A DNA stretch of 64,000 nt from a virus (IMGVR_UViG_3300042564_002372:45828-109827), one strand, 5' to 3'. Counted from the first letter of the stretch, positions 17,901-28,180 are shown. Numbers and translations: made by a program. Notes: generated by a model not told the origin, from the letters alone.

Positions 17901-20621
17901 TTCTCTGTTCCAGTTATTGATTGGTAAATCATCACCAACAGCTTGTACACCTGGAATTAAATATCTAGATATGTCGAGTTCTCTTTGTTTGATTCCTTGA
18001 TTATCAGGAACACCTACGCCATAATTATAGTCAGCTATAGAGTTAAAAGAGTAAGCATAATTCTTTCTAGTGATGCCATTGATATAGATAGTTAAATAAG
18101 ACTGATATGCAGTGAACATAGCTGTTGCACTGAATGGTGTAGTGATACCTCCAAGTCTAGCAGAACTATCAAGAGCAGCCTTTTGTGCAGCTTCAGAGAG
18201 CAATTTATATTTAGCATTGTCTTTCACTTCTACAAAGTGAGCTTTACCAGTACCAAACATTACACTTTCAAGCTTGAGAATGTCTGCTAGGAATGGTTGA
18301 CCAAATGATGTCTCTGGGGAGTTGAAGATTTGTCTATATCTATTCTCATCTTTAAAACCATCAAGTAGTGTTGTGTTACCACAATTTGCGTCAGATCTCA
18401 CTTTTGATATCAAACGTATTTGAGAAGTTGCACAATCTGCTGTACATATCACTGCTGTATCAGCAACTACCTCAACAGTAACTTCTGAAGCACCAACACT
18501 TCTAACTGTTGGTCCTAAAAATCTATCATCATAAGATGCTGTAAATGTAGCAAGTGCATAATCATCTAATTCATAGACATCATAGTCAGCATATCCTACA
18601 TCGCCTGCACCAATGATAATTGTTGGCTTTCCAACAGAGCAAATCTCGTCATTCTGTATAGAAGTGTAATCCTTGTAGACAAGTTTGTTATTCTCGCAAG
18701 AATAGTATTGAATTCTAGCCAATGGAGCACCAGTAATTAGGTCAATTCCTAGGCTAGTGATGATTACATCAAATGGCTTACACTCACTCTGGTAAGCATT
18801 GTTTGTTGTTGTAAGGAATGGATCTTCGTTAAGATCGTTGTAAGGATAGTTAGGGAAATAGAACGATTGTTCTTCTCTTTGATACTCACCAACGTTTCTT
18901 AAAATACCTTTAGCAACAATAGACTTATTAACACTTCTATCACCACGAACAATCTTAAATCCTACAATGTCAGCTTTCTGATCATCTGTAAGATTTGATA
19001 TTTGAATTAGATTTAATATTTGAGAAGGATCAAGTTTTACACCAATAGGAAATACAGCATCATTCCCCATCACCATTGATTGTGGTGTGGAGAACACTTT
19101 ACTTTCATAAATAGCTGAGATGTTTACATCTGGGAACTTGTGGTGTCTGATTTTTTGTCCTGCAAGGTTTCCCCACACGTCTGTGTTGCATGGATACTCT
19201 TCAACAGATTCCCAATAGGCAAATTCGCCAAATTGATATGGTCCTTTGTAAGCATCATTTGCTGAATATTCTGAAGAGAATCCTGTGACAGAAGCTGTGT
19301 TATAAATCTTCCAATACGGTGCATCATTAGTTAATGGGTCTGGTTCTCCTATAAAATCTGGGTTAGTATCAGGGATTCTTGGCAAGAGTTGCTCAAAAGA
19401 TGTAATAGCTCTACCTGGAATGTGAAAACCATCTGTTTGTTTTCCATTCTTCAATAGAAATACAATCTCAAAAGCATACACTTCATCACGAAGATATCCT
19501 CTTAGATTCGTTGCGTTTATTTCGTTTGCGTAGTTCTCTGTTGGAGGAATTCTCCAAGATTCCCATTGCAATGTAATTTGACTAGCAATTTGTTGATAGT
19601 TGATTCTATCAATAGACGTTAACTGATCCCATACAAGAACATCTTGGACAGCAGTTAAGTCTTGAGCAATCTCATAGAATGGAAACTTCTCAAAGATGTC
19701 AGCAATGTCAAGAACAATTGTTGATTGACCTGTGTATGTAATCTGTCTAATACTGTTGTCAATAAAGTATGTACCAACAAGATCAACAGATGTTACACCA
19801 TTGATTGTTTTGATTACAGCAAGATTGAAATATTCAAATTGTCCAGTTGTATCAAGGTTGTCAATAGTAACAACAATAGACTTTCCTACAGGATAGTTGA
19901 AGTTAACTGATGTAATAAACTCATCAGCAATAGGTGTAGGATTGGTAACTGAGTAGTAGGATGTGAATGGATTACCAGCTGGATCAGAATACTGAATAGC
20001 AAACTGATATGTACCAGCAATAAGGTTTCCACCACTAACAACGTCAGTGATTACTATCTCAGGAATGTTAAAGTTAGGCTGAAGCTTGAGTTGATTACAA
20101 TCAAGATCATCTGTATAGATTGGGCTACAAAGAGGACTTCCTGATCTAAGAATCTTAGGAATGTCATCAATGTCCAAGTATCTTCTAGGGTTGTAACCAT
20201 CTGTCCAATAAATCTCTGTATTACAGTTTGTGATTCTGTGGACAATCTTATGTATAGGATAGTTGATGTTGAAGTTTAAGCAAGGAGCATTTACCAACAC
20301 TCTATACACACAATCATTATTATCCATGTAGCCAATCTGGCTATCTCCTGTGGAGGGATTAGTAATGAAGAATATGTGTTTGTTCTTTTCTATAATGAAG
20401 TGCTCACCTATAACAACAAATCCTTCAGGTACACGAAGACAAAATTCGTTACCAGATTCGTTCTGATAGTTTACAGAATTAGAATCAAAGTTTTCAACAG
20501 CAGCGTTTAGAGCATAAGTTAGCCTCCCCTTTTGAATTTGATTCAGTGACTGATCAAGATTCAATCCTGTAGTGGCATTGTTATACTCCTGTCTGACGTT
20601 ACCTTCTTCTTGCTCAGCCAT
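14928..20621 (-). CDS. Tail stabilization/nozzle protein (P22 gp10-like, crAss-type) with Thr-rich C-terminal extension (1897 aa)
   Basis: Beta-rich; LTYALNA..EN, IYWTDGYNPRRYLDID, GTYQFAIQY, RGYLRDEVYAFEIVF and WISFHSYLPNFY motifs; follows the ring-protein genes. Confidence 0.7.
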   Translation of the reverse strand: MAEQEEGNVRQEYNNATTGLNLDQSLNQIQKGRLTYALNAAVENFDSNSVNYQNESGNEFCLRVPEGFVVIGEHFIIEKNKHIFFITNPSTGDSQIGYMDNNDCVYRVLVNAPCLNFNINYPIHKIVHRITNCNTEIYWTDGYNPRRYLDIDDIPKILRSGSPLCSPIYTDDLDCNQLKLQPNFNIPEIVITDVVSGGNLIAGTYQFAIQYSDPAGNPFTSYYSVTNPTPIADEFITSVNFNYPVGKSIVVTIDNLDTTGQFEYFNLAVIKTINGVTSVDLVGTYFIDNSIRQITYTGQSTIVLDIADIFEKFPFYEIAQDLTAVQDVLVWDQLTSIDRINYQQIASQITLQWESWRIPPTENYANEINATNLRGYLRDEVYAFEIVFLLKNGKQTDGFHIPGRAITSFEQLLPRIPDTNPDFIGEPDPLTNDAPYWKIYNTASVTGFSSEYSANDAYKGPYQFGEFAYWESVEEYPCNTDVWGNLAGQKIRHHKFPDVNISAIYESKVFSTPQSMVMGNDAVFPIGVKLDPSQILNLIQISNLTDDQKADIVGFKIVRGDRSVNKSIVAKGILRNVGEYQREEQSFYFPNYPYNDLNEDPFLTTTNNAYQSECKPFDVIITSLGIDLITGAPLARIQYYSCENNKLVYKDYTSIQNDEICSVGKPTIIIGAGDVGYADYDVYELDDYALATFTASYDDRFLGPTVRSVGASEVTVEVVADTAVICTADCATSQIRLISKVRSDANCGNTTLLDGFKDENRYRQIFNSPETSFGQPFLADILKLESVMFGTGKAHFVEVKDNAKYKLLSEAAQKAALDSSARLGGITTPFSATAMFTAYQSYLTIYINGITRKNYAYSFNSIADYNYGVGVPDNQGIKQRELDISRYLIPGVQAVGDDLPINNWNRESSVFVKTNEDTTALPFPNQSPNMLSGTTSIVSDRSRFTISEIGNCGTPAKEEPIQVVSYYASLKDMIINQWGQIYSYETIDTGYQYIINSPNPTTTVFGGDTFISRFAFKTKLPFFIDNRVNAPDDSDIFYDEIGNVAYPRYWHSARSILENYSIPGQGVMANIISYKAHNFDCPNEVGTDVIISTSTTTTTSTTFPQGGSGGVTPSSTITYYDGYFYLFAYGIPNFYCESSYNLDLRQAFNNREGDFWPHVSTDIPDDWLQQSFVPIAQDNTYYYNTTFSKQNRENTFTHLPPDWEARLCFTNYPFRTIYSDAQNIDADNRVNNWLIYRAISYFDFPQNYGNLISLDGIQNKAILARFENKTLLYNNLLTIDTSNPQAAYVGNPLLFRGAPPIDFAETDLGYVGSQHRMLLKIPQGQITVDAKRAQVFLIQGTQVTDLSGFGSGMNRFFVEHLPFIIYKNFPEVNIDNHFKGIGLHGVYDAVYDRVIITKLDYAPKSKNILYDPVEQSFYINNIVNGLTIRQDISLSDEEYFCNVSWTLSFNMNTNSWISFHSYLPNFYIAENNFFYSGQNNCCEDFDFLVGTLVANPTTTTTTSTTRLTTTTTSTTVAPLQCNITATVREINCSLAGVGVIVSLDCILVGPTTTTTSTSTTTTTSTSTTSTTTTSTTSSTTTTTTTAAPTTTTTTTTATPTTTTTTTVAFYSFLLNSTPNLSTGPLACADYAAFNRATFYASSTNGPNIVSGTFLYTDSSLTTPIPDGYYSDGTNYWFFQSGSTSDNGTPCSTTTTTTTTATPPTTTTTTATPRYTFFVYDIDVNCDTTNPQPFWSFTNYANGFYYINGNLSTLYSLQSGAHTNYTNEITQVFAGTCGTTTTTTTIPTTTTTTTTEAPTTTTTTTENPITPTTTTTTSTTTTTTTTQIPADCHILTSAPFGGCTFVFKNENGVTITYNIPPQDEGLCFIACVTEVISDDCGFLSQGVGCFDPECNCPS
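15150..16135 (-). repeat. Poly-Thr (mucin-like) coding tracts
   Basis: (GTA/GTT/GTG)n runs on the + strand are mixed ACN codons; several tracts separate small Cys-bounded domains. Confidence 0.85.
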
Positions 20622-20626
20622 AGGTA

Positions 20627-21604
20627 TTAATTATATCTTCTTCTGTACCCCCAACGATTTGTTCTGTTAGGAAGCTCATACATAGCAAATTTATTCAATT
20701 GTTGTCTTATTCTACGCTGCTTAGCCCAGACATCTTGTTTCTTAATTTCAATGTCTGCCATGATGAATGCCTCGTCAGAAAGACTCTTGTAATATACAAG
20801 CTTTTGTTGAAGCTGATTAAATGTTTCATCATTGGTTTGATTAACCAACATTTCAAACACTTTGTATTTAATAAAGTGTTCTAGATATTCTCTAATACGA
20901 TAATTATCAGGAATAAGCTGGTTTCCAAGACTGTCGTAATCTTGAGCATAGAAAACAAGGTGGACAACACCATTTCTGAAATTTGTAACGAACTTGTTGT
21001 CTCTAATATCGAATGAATCATAAGTAGATGAACCTGGTGTAAAGTTATGAATTGGAACAGATCCTTGACCATACATCTCCCAGTTTTCTGTATAGTTAAC
21101 ATCACAATGTCCTCTTGCAGAAATGTTTCCTGGCTTTAGAAGATATTGTCTCTGGTAGGTCATTGCTGTCTCATTGTTTGTCTTGTAGACAGTTTGCATG
21201 AACTCAGGCATACAAGAACCATCACATCCTACATTTCCACAGCAAGGGCTTTCAGGAGAACAAGCTGTAGTGATTGGACTCACCTGTATAGTGGTTTGTG
21301 TAGATGCTTGAGAATAGAATGAGTTAGCTGTTTGATATGGGAAACCATTAACAACTGTACACATCCATGCTTCACGAACAGCATAAAAGTTATCTGGAAG
21401 TCTTGCTTCGAAGTTATCAACAACAAGAGCTGTCTCAGCTATCACGTATGTAGCTCTTCCCAGCTTTCTAAGACATTTGTCTAGATAGGTGGGGAATAAT
21501 AGATCATCTACAGCACCTGTATCAAAGTAGCTTTTCAATTCTTCTTTGACAGTGGAGTAGATTGGATCTGGGCTTACGAAGTTAAATTTATAGTAATAGC
21601 TCAT
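20627..21604 (-). CDS. Putative tail ring/tubular (adaptor) protein
   Basis: 325 aa directly before the nozzle gene; LPDNF and LIPDN...YIKYK-like motifs of tail tubular proteins; synteny. Confidence 0.5.
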   Translation of the reverse strand: MSYYYKFNFVSPDPIYSTVKEELKSYFDTGAVDDLLFPTYLDKCLRKLGRATYVIAETALVVDNFEARLPDNFYAVREAWMCTVVNGFPYQTANSFYSQASTQTTIQVSPITTACSPESPCCGNVGCDGSCMPEFMQTVYKTNNETAMTYQRQYLLKPGNISARGHCDVNYTENWEMYGQGSVPIHNFTPGSSTYDSFDIRDNKFVTNFRNGVVHLVFYAQDYDSLGNQLIPDNYRIREYLEHFIKYKVFEMLVNQTNDETFNQLQQKLVYYKSLSDEAFIMADIEIKKQDVWAKQRRIRQQLNKFAMYELPNRTNRWGYRRRYN

Positions 21605-21606
21605 CT

Positions 21607-22086
21607 TTAATTACGATTCCATGTTGCATAAATATGTTGATACTTCTCGTCAACTTTCAGATAGTGGTTAATCAATCTAGAGTTTTGTCTTGTTGGTTTG
21701 AATAGCCACAAGTCAGAAAACTTAAATCTACAAGATCTTTTAAACCACTTCCATCCAAAGAAATATCCTTCTGTATGGTAGTTGAAGTTGTAAATATACT
21801 TTCCCTTCTCTCTAGTTTTTTTCCAGTCGATTGGAAGATTTATATACTCTTTACCATTGACCACTGTGGTCTTCACTCTTTTCTTTTTGTTGATTGCAAA
21901 GTCTCCTATTCCACATGGGAGTTTTACCTTCTCCCCTGTTTCAAGCATGTGTTCAACAAACATCTCATTGAAACCATAAACAACTCTCTTCCAGTCATCG
22001 AAAGAGAGGTTTATTTCAGGTTTCTCACTCTTGAAATTATTGTAGTTTTCTTTTGAGGCACTTCGCCAATCTATTGGTACTCTCAT
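21607..22086 (-). CDS. HU/IHF-like DNA-binding protein
   Basis: HMLETGEKVKLPCGIGDFAINKKKR resembles the HU/IHF arm signature; basic; crAss-like tail modules carry an IHF-like gene here. Confidence 0.6.
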   Translation of the reverse strand: MRVPIDWRSASKENYNNFKSEKPEINLSFDDWKRVVYGFNEMFVEHMLETGEKVKLPCGIGDFAINKKKRVKTTVVNGKEYINLPIDWKKTREKGKYIYNFNYHTEGYFFGWKWFKRSCRFKFSDLWLFKPTRQNSRLINHYLKVDEKYQHIYATWNRN

Positions 22087-22811
22087 CTAAATTGTGGGGC
22101 ATTAGGTGATTGACCATCTATTCCATCATCAGTCATGTCAGTCTTCAGATTGAAATAGCTCTGTAGAAGCTTCTGTGAGGTTAAGTCTAACACTTGCTTC
22201 TCCAAGTATCCTGGGAGAGCAAACTCTTTATCTAGAGGGTTCTGACAAAGCTGGTCAGTCGTATAACTTGGAGTTCCACATCCGCATTCTGGGTACATGA
22301 TGCTATTAGGTATATCTTCTTCAAAAAGAGCTACAAACCTAACAGCCTGTAATGCTGGATTGCTGACATAAAGATAACCATTTGAAATCCAGAAATACTG
22401 TTCTTTTTTAATAACAGGAAGTTTTAATAGGTTGAGATAACGATTGACAGTTATCTCTTTTATCTTAGTGCCTTGTCCAGACATTGCGTTTATTGAATAA
22501 ACACCTTGAATGACATATTGATAATTTCCTTCAGATATTCTAGGAAGTTGATATTTTGATCTTGCAACAGAGCAAGGATCTGCATAATCGCAGCATTCTG
22601 AGATGGGCACCTCACACATTTCCAAACATGGAATTGTTGTAAAAAGTGTATCTGTTGCCCAAAGTTTTCTAAGATTGGTTTCTCTTTTTATCAACAATAA
22701 TGCATTATTTCTCACCTCAGAGGCAATTGCTCTGTCTGTGATGAGACTATCCGTTGACATGATCTTGTGTGTTGCTCGCACATCAGATACTAATTTTCTT
22801 AATGTTGACAT
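22083..22811 (-). CDS. Putative tail ring protein
   Basis: 242 aa in the tail cluster; YFWISNGYLYV and FALPGYLEKQV motifs; synteny. Confidence 0.5.
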   Translation of the reverse strand: MSTLRKLVSDVRATHKIMSTDSLITDRAIASEVRNNALLLIKRETNLRKLWATDTLFTTIPCLEMCEVPISECCDYADPCSVARSKYQLPRISEGNYQYVIQGVYSINAMSGQGTKIKEITVNRYLNLLKLPVIKKEQYFWISNGYLYVSNPALQAVRFVALFEEDIPNSIMYPECGCGTPSYTTDQLCQNPLDKEFALPGYLEKQVLDLTSQKLLQSYFNLKTDMTDDGIDGQSPNAPQFR

Positions 22812-22867
22812 CTTGTGTTACTGATTTTCAGAGTTATATCTACTCAAATTTAATCATTTTTCCAAAT

Positions 22868-22928
22868 AAAAACTCCCAGACATTAAATGCCTGGGAGAAA
22901 CTCTACAAAACCAATAAAGTAGAGTTTA
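22868..22928 (-). terminator. Double hairpin / intrinsic terminator after the fibre operon
   Basis: CTCCCAG..CTGGGAG with a U-run on the minus strand, adjacent to an AAACTCTAC..GTAGAGTTT hairpin. Confidence 0.6.
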
Positions 22929-22953
22929 TTTAATTTAGTTGAAATTGGTTTTA

Positions 22954-23280
22954 TTATTCACCTTCTACAATAGCTGTAGTTGTGCTAGTGGTAGTTGGTA
23001 CAGGGGGAATATAATCACCTGTGATGGTTAGGTTCAGCTGTGCTGCAACCCAATCCCATGCGTAGGAGTCCACTTCCCACTGAGTGTAAGCTTCGCCTGT
23101 CATATTCAAGTTTCCCTGAGCTACTTGTTGGCCTACATAACCCTCTGCTGTTTCAGATAGTAATTGATAATAAAATGTTGCACTTGTTCCTAGTGTTACA
23201 TTAATAGCATAAGCATTTAGAATCTTGGCCTCAATCACTTGTCCATTGTCCCAAATTGATACGGGTTCGATTGTTTTCAT
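22954..23280 (-). CDS. Fibre-associated small protein (possible assembly chaperone)
   Basis: 108 aa immediately after the long fibre gene; Thr-rich tail. Confidence 0.45.
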   Translation of the reverse strand: MKTIEPVSIWDNGQVIEAKILNAYAINVTLGTSATFYYQLLSETAEGYVGQQVAQGNLNMTGEAYTQWEVDSYAWDWVAAQLNLTITGDYIPPVPTTTSTTTAIVEGE

Positions 23281-23304
23281 TTGTTTGTTTGTTTTAAAGT
23301 TATT

Positions 23305-26300
23305 TTATAATGCTGCTGCTCCTATTGTAAATAGTGCTCCATTAATTTCAACAATTATTTGATGTGTCTCACCTGGCTGAGTTCCTATTACTGCTCTTCC
23401 TAATTTCCAAAATCCAGAAACATACCCTGTATCAAGAACTCCTGTTCTAATGGCTCCATTTATCTCTAATTTAGCTCCTGTACTTGTTGTCGTTCCAATC
23501 AGCACGTTGCCACCAGTAGTAATTGATAAATAATTAGTTGGCCAACTTGAAAATGTACTTGGTGAATTATTTGCTCTATATCCTATTCCAAAAGAATCTG
23601 CAACTCCCCAAGCAGCGGTTACCTGACCTATAGCCCAACTATGATTGGACACATTGCTATAAAATAAAACAGAAGGTCTGTCACCACCTGTTGAACCTGT
23701 AGAAAAATCAGATACAATACCATAACTATGATTACCCTCTCCATTTCTAACTTTCAATGCAGGAAAATAAACTCCACCAGCAGATTTGCTGTTGTTTATA
23801 TTTACTAAACCTTCATTGTTTGTGGAATCACCAATAACAGATAATCTTGATAATGGGCTAGTAGTTCCAATACCAACATTTCCATTCTCAGCAATAGTTA
23901 ATTTTGCATCTGCTAGTGTTGCACTACCAGCACTACCTTGAGGACCATTTAAAATATGTATCTTACCCTGTGCATCATTAGCCGTTAAGTCTGTTCTTTG
24001 AAATACAATAGCAGACTTTCTATATGCAGTGTTGGATTCTCTATATCCAAAATGGATACCTGACCACTGACCAATCCCCATTTGAGAAACCCCTACAGAA
24101 ACAAAATCATTAATATTTGATATTGCTTCCAAAGGTTTTTGAGGACTAATTGTTCCTACACCTACATTTCCATAAAATACAGAACTTTGATCTCCTCTAA
24201 AATCAGCAACATTTATAGGAACAGCATTACCTGTAGTACCTGGATATGCTCTAATTCTTAAAGTATTAGTTACGGCAGATCCTGCTGTTACAGTTGCATC
24301 TATACCAATCCATCTATTTACAGCTCCTGTTCCACTTTGTAAATCTGCTGCAAATCCGTATTTAATTAAATTTTCAAAACTCCCATCAACCCCACTAACA
24401 CTGCAATATTTTGCTATTTCTCCTGCTACTGAAAGTCTTTGAGCAGGATTAGTGGTATTAATTCCAACATTGCCATCTTGAAAAGCATACAACATTGAGG
24501 AGCCTGTAAACTTTATAGTGAATCCGTTTGAATATCCACTTTGTCCTGCTAAAAATATATCTCTTGCTCCTCCTGCTGAACCAACAGCAACAAGTCCATA
24601 TCCTGAAGTTCCTGTTGAAGTTATTATAGCAGCATTAGCACTTGATGAAGCTAAAAATTGTGCAGCCGTCACACTACTTGAAAAGCTAGCATTTCCTGTA
24701 TTTGGTACAATACGTAAAACGGTATTATTATTAGCTACATCATAAATACTAAAGTCACTATTATTAGCAGCATTTAGACCACCTACTAAATCCCAACTAT
24801 TACCACTTGTGCTATTTTGTAGTCTTAATCTTACGTTTGATTGGTCGTTATCATTAACAATAAGTGAAGGTGTTGCAACTCCACTAACTCCAAATAAAGC
24901 TTTTTTTGCCTGAACACTATTGCTAAAGGTTGCTGCGCCTGATGTATTAATTGTTAATAAATCAGAATATGATATTGTATTTCCTGCTGTTCCTGCGGCA
25001 TATCTTATCCTAAATAAATTTGCATTCCCAAAATCTGCCATCCAAGATGTATCAGTTACTTTAAACTGATAGGTATTGCCTGTTGAAGTATATTGAATGT
25101 TGTATCCTAATGCTGGATATCCACCTCCTGATAGACCTAAATCTACAGTACCAATCGTATTTGTAACTGCTGAAATATTCCCAGCAGATATGTTTCCGTT
25201 AACCTGCAACCTTTGCCCAGCGTCTGTAGTTGTGTTTACAAGTAGGTTTCCAGCTGAACTCATCACCATTCTAGCAGTAGATGCTGTTATATCATAAAGA
25301 TAAAATGAGCCTGAAAAACTACCATTTGCAGACCCAGCTACAGATAATTCATAAGCTCTGCTACTTGTGTTAACTATTGCTAAAACTGTTTGTGATGTAT
25401 TACTACTTGATAATCTTAATCCTGGACTTGTCCCATTTTGAAAAGCACTTCCAAAAATTTCAACTAAGGCAGTTGTATTGCTTGCAGTACCAATACCAAC
25501 ATTTGTTCCATTATCAAATATGTTACTATTACCAATAGAACTTGTGCCTGTAAACTTAGATAAATAGTTAGTTGTACCAGTTCCTGTAACTGTTCCGCCT
25601 CCATCTATTACCTCGATAACATTACCTGAAGAATCAACAGCTAAATTACGAGTTGCAGTTCCTGTAAATGTGCCTGCTCCATAAGCGTTAAGCCTTAACC
25701 CTCCTGAACCATTTATTCTTAATCTTGTGCTACTATCAAGAGCTGACCATGAATTTGCTATTTTAAAACTATCTCCATCAGAATTATCGATGCCTGCACT
25801 CCACCCAATAACACCGTTAATATCCCAAGAAAGAATTGGATCACCCCCTCCTGCCCCTGATGTTCTTAATGCTAAAAATGTATTTGCAGTTGTAATTGAA
25901 CTATTAGTATTATGAATATAAATACCAGGAACATCACTTGAAGCAGGAGATGTATAAGTTGAACCTGAACCTTCAATATGTAATTTAGCTAATGGAGTAA
26001 TTGTACCAAGTCCTATGTTTGTTCCATTGTCAAATAGTAAACTATTCCCAATTGTTGTAGAGCTTGTAAATTTAGTTATTGTGTTAGTTGTTCCAGAAAC
26101 TGCTACAGAGGTTCCAGAACTTCCTGATGTACCTCCACTGCCATTTGTTCCACTAGTACCACTAGTACCTCCAGTGCCTGATGTTCCGCTAGTACCTGTG
26201 GTACCAGATGAACCACTGGTGCCAGCTGTACCGCTAGTACCAGAAGTGCCACTCGTACCTGTTGTTCCAGATGTTGCACTTGTTCCTGACGTACCACTAG

Positions 26301-28152
26301 TTCCACCTGTTCCGTTAGTAGCTGATGTTCCACTGGTTCCACTTGAACCAGAAGTCCCTGTAGTACCTGATGTTCCTGAGGAGCCACTGGTGCCAGTAGT
26401 TCCACTCGTACCGCTTGATCCACTTGTTCCATCTATTCCACTACTGCCAGATGATCCACTACTACCAGATGTGCCAGTTGTACCACTGGTACCTGAGCTA
26501 CCGCTAGTGCCTGTAGTACCTGAAGTTCCAGCTGTTGCGCTAGTACCTGAGGTGCCGCTTGTTCCAGATGAACCATCTCCACCTGTAGCACCATCAAGAT
26601 TGACTTGCCATGTGCTGTATGTACCAGAACCAGTTAGTCTAAATACTATAAAGCTTAATGCCCCTGTTGATGGGTTGTAAGAAACAACTTCAGCCTCGTT
26701 GTGATTATTTGCATCGTATGCAATAATTATAGATTGTGCTACAGTGTATGCTAGTCCAAGACCCACTGTAATGGTTCCTGAGTTCCCTGGTGCTTGTAGT
26801 GTGTATGTTGAGCTTGATGTAGTGGCAAATCTATCTCCAGATAAGCCAGAAGAACCTGATGTACCAGTCGTTCCACTAGTACCTGCTGTACCACTTGTTC
26901 CAGTAGTACCGCTCGTGCCACTAGTCCCACTAGAGCCTGTTGTACCACTAGAGCCACTTGTACCATTACTACCATCAAGACCAGTAGTTCCGCTAGTTCC
27001 AGAGCTACCACTTGTTCCAGTGGTTCCACTTGTCCCTGAACTACCAGATGTACCTGTAGTGCCTGAAGAACCAGATGTTCCTGTTGTTCCACTTGATCCT
27101 GAGGTTCCAGTGCTTCCACTAGTTCCACTTGTACCACTAGACCCTGAAGTACCGCTAGTACCATCTGTTCCGCTAGTTCCACTAGTTCCTGTTGTACCTG
27201 AACTTCCTGATGAGCCTGAAGTACCAGTGGTACCACTACTTCCTGAAGTACCAGATGTACCAGATGTACCAGTGCTACCTGAAGTACCGCTACTACCTGA
27301 TGTTCCTCTTGTACCTGAGGTACCAGAGGTTCCTGCTGATCCTGTGCTACCAGATGTACCTGAGGTTCCAGCTGTACCACTTGTACCTGCTGGGCCTGGG
27401 ACATAGCCAAGAATTGTATATATATCAAGATCAGTTATAGGGCTCGCTGCTGTAACTAATCCTTTTGCATTTACAGAAAACTTTAATGGCGTTACACTTG
27501 TGTATGGATTAGCATTTGCATTTTGTAATGTAAGTGTTATTGTGCTCTGTGTAAAGCCTGTACCTACCACATCTCCTGTGAATGTAATGGCTTGTGGAGA
27601 AACTACTAATGGTGTTGTTGTAAGACTTGTAACTAATCCTTTAGCATTAACTGTTACCACTGGAATCAATTGGCTAGCACCAAATGTTCCTGGGTTTATA
27701 TTTACAGTGTTGAGTGTGAAAGCTACAGCACCAGGGCCTGTTGCTACACCATCACCAGAAAGAGCTGTGATGTAGTTTCCTGGAGGTTGGAAAGATGAGC
27801 TGTCTAGTGTACCATCACCTTTAACGAATTGAGAGGATGTACCACCTGTTGTTATATGTCTTGCAGCCTGAACATTACCCTGTAGTGTAAGTGTGAAATT
27901 TCCTGCGATGGTTGTGTTCTGAATTAAACTACCACCTAACTGCACTGGTTGACTTAATCCTGATTGAATTAAACCATTGTTGAAGATGTAACCCATCTGA
28001 GCATTTGTAAATGCTTGGTTAATCTTCTGTAAAGCAGTTTGGAAACTGTCGTTTGTATTTACACCAATATATAATAAATTCTCACCTTCATAGAAAACGC
28101 AAGAAGATGATAATAAAAGAGGGCATGGCTCAGATCCACATATAACGCTCAT
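23305..28152 (-). CDS. Long tail fibre / receptor-binding protein with collagen-like G-T-S shaft (1615 aa)
   Basis: Two long (G-S/T-S/T)n blocks; repeated GNVGIGTTSP-type fibre motifs; Cys-containing N-terminal module shared with two neighbouring genes. Confidence 0.8.
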   Translation of the reverse strand: MSVICGSEPCPLLLSSSCVFYEGENLLYIGVNTNDSFQTALQKINQAFTNAQMGYIFNNGLIQSGLSQPVQLGGSLIQNTTIAGNFTLTLQGNVQAARHITTGGTSSQFVKGDGTLDSSSFQPPGNYITALSGDGVATGPGAVAFTLNTVNINPGTFGASQLIPVVTVNAKGLVTSLTTTPLVVSPQAITFTGDVVGTGFTQSTITLTLQNANANPYTSVTPLKFSVNAKGLVTAASPITDLDIYTILGYVPGPAGTSGTAGTSGTSGSTGSAGTSGTSGTRGTSGSSGTSGSTGTSGTSGTSGSSGTTGTSGSSGSSGTTGTSGTSGTDGTSGTSGSSGTSGTSGSTGTSGSSGTTGTSGSSGTTGTSGSSGTSGTTGTSGSSGTSGTTGLDGSNGTSGSSGTTGSSGTSGTSGTTGTSGTAGTSGTTGTSGSSGLSGDRFATTSSSTYTLQAPGNSGTITVGLGLAYTVAQSIIIAYDANNHNEAEVVSYNPSTGALSFIVFRLTGSGTYSTWQVNLDGATGGDGSSGTSGTSGTSATAGTSGTTGTSGSSGTSGTTGTSGSSGSSGSSGIDGTSGSSGTSGTTGTSGSSGTSGTTGTSGSSGTSGTSATNGTGGTSGTSGTSATSGTTGTSGTSGTSGTAGTSGSSGTTGTSGTSGTGGTSGTSGTNGSGGTSGSSGTSVAVSGTTNTITKFTSSTTIGNSLLFDNGTNIGLGTITPLAKLHIEGSGSTYTSPASSDVPGIYIHNTNSSITTANTFLALRTSGAGGGDPILSWDINGVIGWSAGIDNSDGDSFKIANSWSALDSSTRLRINGSGGLRLNAYGAGTFTGTATRNLAVDSSGNVIEVIDGGGTVTGTGTTNYLSKFTGTSSIGNSNIFDNGTNVGIGTASNTTALVEIFGSAFQNGTSPGLRLSSSNTSQTVLAIVNTSSRAYELSVAGSANGSFSGSFYLYDITASTARMVMSSAGNLLVNTTTDAGQRLQVNGNISAGNISAVTNTIGTVDLGLSGGGYPALGYNIQYTSTGNTYQFKVTDTSWMADFGNANLFRIRYAAGTAGNTISYSDLLTINTSGAATFSNSVQAKKALFGVSGVATPSLIVNDNDQSNVRLRLQNSTSGNSWDLVGGLNAANNSDFSIYDVANNNTVLRIVPNTGNASFSSSVTAAQFLASSSANAAIITSTGTSGYGLVAVGSAGGARDIFLAGQSGYSNGFTIKFTGSSMLYAFQDGNVGINTTNPAQRLSVAGEIAKYCSVSGVDGSFENLIKYGFAADLQSGTGAVNRWIGIDATVTAGSAVTNTLRIRAYPGTTGNAVPINVADFRGDQSSVFYGNVGVGTISPQKPLEAISNINDFVSVGVSQMGIGQWSGIHFGYRESNTAYRKSAIVFQRTDLTANDAQGKIHILNGPQGSAGSATLADAKLTIAENGNVGIGTTSPLSRLSVIGDSTNNEGLVNINNSKSAGGVYFPALKVRNGEGNHSYGIVSDFSTGSTGGDRPSVLFYSNVSNHSWAIGQVTAAWGVADSFGIGYRANNSPSTFSSWPTNYLSITTGGNVLIGTTTSTGAKLEINGAIRTGVLDTGYVSGFWKLGRAVIGTQPGETHQIIVEINGALFTIGAAAL
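26103..27400 (-). repeat. Gly-X-Y (GTS/GSS/GTT) 9-bp-period coding repeats in two blocks
   Basis: Blocks at about 26840-27400 and 26103-26580, separated by a ~85-aa non-repeat domain; the opposite strand gives spurious PxV ORFs. Confidence 0.9.
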
Positions 28153-28180
28153 AGCTTGACTTTTTAAAATTTTCTATCAA

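Noticed and set aside
26015-27440. ORFs of 221, 220, 225, 109 and 82 aa with PxV or LV/QV repeats
   Set aside because: Antisense or alternate-frame shadows of the G-T-S repeat in the fibre gene.
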